A stretch of 64,000 nt of DNA, from positions 1,736,001 through 1,800,000 of the forward strand of contig CM120641.1 in the NCBI GenBank assembly GCA_051362555.1, written 5' to 3'. Origin of the DNA: Lingula anatina. Its lineage: Eukaryota > Animalia > Brachiopoda. Below, piece by piece: positions 60,901-64,000 of this stretch (position 1 is the stretch's first letter; every line of letters starts with the position of its first letter). The position numbers were made by a program, and so were the translations under genes. A model generated the notes under the pieces. It was not told the DNA's origin and ran no database searches. It saw only the letters and a list, made by a program, of their open reading frames with translations.

Positions 60901-62097
60901 TTTTTTTTTCTACACTAAACAGTACTGGGATAGTACTATTACAGTTGATGTGAATACAATAACATTGGAAATTCCACTGCATGATTTTGCATAAATATTT
61001 GGCTTTGTATGTCAACTAAGATAAGGCTCTTTCAACTTTAAGAGTAACTGACTACATAGGCCATGCACAATAATCAGTATTGTGCAAGAACCTGAACTTG
61101 TAATGTTGCATAATTATACTGCTTTTTTTAATAATACGGAGAACCTGTATCCTCACATCTTGAGAATTACTAAAGCTACAACTAAGAATATATATATTTA
61201 AACTGAAACTGGAATAAGTGGGAGAGGGCTTCTGAATCTATGCGGTACTGTCACTGCACCACTTGCGCTGCCATAAGCCACTAGTACTATATACTACTGA
61301 TCAGTAAACGTTCAAACTTCTAAGTTTTACAACTAACAGTTACCTAGCTGTACTTTGTACCTTTTGCTAAAGTAAAGTTCCCGATCTGATAACAAAACAA
61401 AGTTTAACCCCTTGTTGGACCTTAACTAGTTTAAGATTATCATCCCCTTTAGATCAACTTTCTCCTCTGTTTCATCTCTGTTTCTACTTAATTTCTTAAA
61501 GCATAATTACTCCGGGATGCACGGTAACTTACCTGCATAATCGTTTGCCTCTAACGTTAGATGGCAGCACTTCATTGGTTTTGAACTTTCACTTTGTGCA
61601 CAAAATTAAAAAAATACAATACAGTACAATACAATAGAGCACGAATAAATATGCACAAAATTGTTACGTTTCCATTAAAAGGTTTTTCTGTTTCAATCAG
61701 TGTTTCTTGGAATTTATGCAACAAATTATTTTTTTGCGCTTAACTGTAGCTCATCTTGCATGTGCACGCACCTGTGGTACCCGCCTCGCTTTCATTGAAC
61801 AAATTAACGTGATAATTGTCGACATCGAGGTAACTCTCCGCATTTCCTTCAGAGTGAGCAGTGTGTGCTTGGGGAAGAGACAGCTCCGTGCAGGGTGTGA
61901 GGCATTGACAACTGACAGTTATATACCAAGTATTTAGCATTTGAACTCGTAAGTACACTTTCTATTGGCTGTATAGTTGGAATGATTTCTTAAAGTCATT
62001 ATGCATATTTTGAGTGGAGCATTTGAAATCTTTTTCCTTAATTGCATCATTGTAATTCATTCAGTTTCAACTCCAGCAGTTTTTTTTTATGCAGTAA

Positions 62098-62319
62098 GGG
62101 CCCCTTTACACTGGACGGCGTCCTTTCTGCGTCCAGCAGTACGGCCCTATTTGAGAGTTAAAAAATTATAATACTTTACGTGCCGACACTGGCCGATCAT
62201 TGAGCATTCATTCTGATACAAAATCAATGCTCCTGCCTCCTAATTAAGACCACAGCGATGTCAAATTTCATGGTCGCAGAAAGGACGCAGAAAGGACGCC
62301 GTCCAGTGTAAAGGGGGTA
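62098..62319. mobile_element. PIF/Harbinger-type MITE with TAA TSD
   Basis: TIR CCCCTTTACACTGGACGGCGTCCTTTCTGCGTCC and its reverse complement; TAA at 62095-97 and 62320-22. Confidence 0.8.
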
Positions 62320-63157
62320 TAACTGCTCAATCGGTTTTTCAGACTCGAAGTGAATTATAAGTGATGTTGCTAAAATCTTAAAACTTCTTGAGAGTAACTT
62401 TCATTATCAGCAATTCTTTAATTTTCTAAAAAGTCTAGATATTATTTTATCTGTTCAAACTTTTCCATCAATTTTGAAAACATAAGTAAGAAATCATTTA
62501 TAGTGTAAACTTGCTGAAAAACATACTTATGTAGCTTGCTGAAAAACATACTTATGTAGCTTATGGACTTGTAAACATTTCCATCTATTGGAGAGATAAT
62601 TTGCAATATTGTTAAAGGTTTTCTCTGCACATGCCTGTGCTGCTAATTTGTGTTAGGGTAAAGTTGAGGATCAACCAAACAAGTGTTGCAAAAGTTTGTA
62701 CTTTTGGATTTGATTAATTTTGTCATCTCTTGAAGAAGTAAACATTTGAGTCATGTCAGTGGTATACATACCTCCCTGTCTACAAGTTCCCTGCTGCTAC
62801 AATGTTGGTAAATTGATACTACACTACTGGCCATTCCAATTTCAAAGTTAAAGAGTTCAACAGCACATCAGCTAAATGTAAAATTAATGTAATTTTATCT
62901 TTTTGTTTACATGACTGATATTGTTCTTTGTAACCCTGAACCTTTTTTTGTTACATTTGCTGAACTTTAAACAAGCAGAATCAATACAGCAAGTCAGAAT
63001 TTTGGAAATATTGTCCACAGTGACACTGCTGTGATTTAAATGTTTACTCTGTATGGAATGATGTAAAGTTTTTTTTTTTTTGAAAAGTTTGTGACAGTTT
63101 AAGCTCAAGGCCATGTGTTACATTTAGACTGAATGTAGCCTAAAGTGATTATTTTAA

Positions 63158-63494
63158 AGGGATAATAACTCTTCGTATGAGATCTATATTTCACAATAAA
63201 AACATTGTGAATAACTCATAGAAATATAATATATTCTGTTTTACCACAAAAACAGCAGTTATAGCTTTTATTCTGATATTTGAACTTGTCTTTAGACCAC
63301 GTGACCTCCATTGATGTCTATACTCTGTTAAAATCTCTTAAGAGATTTTAACAAAAAACCAAACTTTTTAGAAAAAAACCAGGGACTAACTTTGAATGTA
63401 AAAATGGATTCATTAACCATTGGTAAGTATGGGAAAATTGTTGTTTACTCCAGGAAAATTCATTTTTTGGCCGAAACGAAGAGTTATTATTGCT
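63158..63494. mobile_element. TTAA-TSD MITE, related to 34126-34753
   Basis: TTAA flanks; ends AGGGATAATAACTCTTCGT / ACGAAGAGTTATTATTGCT; shares the 26-bp palindrome GTTAAAATCTCTTAAGAGATTTTAAC. Confidence 0.75.
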
Positions 63495-63551
63495 TTAAAT
63501 GAGTGCATGGGGTGCTGCTTACAATAGTTTTCTCAGTTGTACGATGGCATG

Positions 63552-63720
63552 CAGGCCCGTAGCCAGCAAATTTAAAAGGGGGGTTCTTTTTTCTGAAAAA
63601 GTGGACCTTTTTCCATAAAAACTTCATGAAGCTAGATCAAATATTACCCAGAGTGGACCTTTTCCCAGCAAAAGGGGCGGTTCTTTCGAACCCCCCGAAC
63701 CCCCCCTGGTTACGGGCCTG
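63552..63720. mobile_element. MITE with a 5-bp TSD (hAT5-like)
   Basis: TIR CAGGCCCGTAGCCAG / CTGGTTACGGGCCTG; TSD GCATG on both sides. Confidence 0.8.
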
Positions 63721-64000
63721 GCATGTCTTCACCTTTTTTTTTTTGACCAGCCCACCCAGTAACACTGGTTCAGCTGATACCTTAATTATCCACTATCTCT
63801 TCTTTGATCTTTACTCCCCCCCCCCCCCTCCCCCCATGTTTACTGCCAAACAAGACCCTGGCATCATAAGATCTCCTTCTCTATCTCTGTAACTGACTTC
63901 TGCTCCTGGTTAATTGTACCACCAGCGTAGGCGCTGGCGGTACACATGGTTTTAGTCCCGACCCGTATGTTCCGCCGGCTCCTGCAGCTCCGCCGGCTCC

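Noticed and set aside
58074-61600. Calpain 5' UTR exons (donors near 58074, 58873, 61533) and a tiny uORF
   Set aside because: The splice signals are plausible but have no coding or duplicate-copy support; too uncertain to list as features.
63920-64000. GC-rich repeat start at the window edge
   Set aside because: Truncated by the window boundary; probably a transposon end but cannot be classified.

Overview
AT-rich animal genomic DNA with spliceosomal introns; the repeat families suggest a lophotrochozoan, probably a mollusc (inference). Three genes were reconstructed by hand from splice sites. (1) and (2) are a head-to-head inverted pair of paralogues: gene A on the minus strand (134..20619) and gene B on the plus strand (24443..42419). 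Both encode a predicted secreted mosaic protein: signal peptide, two tandem beta-defensin/big-defensin-like Cys modules, dibasic (KR) linkers, a long array of CCP/Sushi domains (one per symmetric phase 1-1 exon; 16 in B, 23 open plus 2 broken in A), and a Thr/Pro-rich tail with an acidic GSG motif, with no TM or GPI signal. Their 5' halves, introns included, form a ~11-13 kb inverted repeat around a ~0.8 kb spacer, while their 3' halves are far more diverged. Gene A has nonsense codons and a deletion confined to three exons, plus a ~4.9 kb tandem duplication of an 8-exon block. (3) is a classical calpain (minus strand, 17 coding exons, 44617..57938, ~763 aa) with a pentapeptide-repeat N-terminus and a U12-type intron. 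Introns carry a decayed Rex1/Babar-type LINE, RTE fragments, two HINE/DINE-1-like elements and several MITEs. Exon models come from manual reading and need RNA-seq confirmation.
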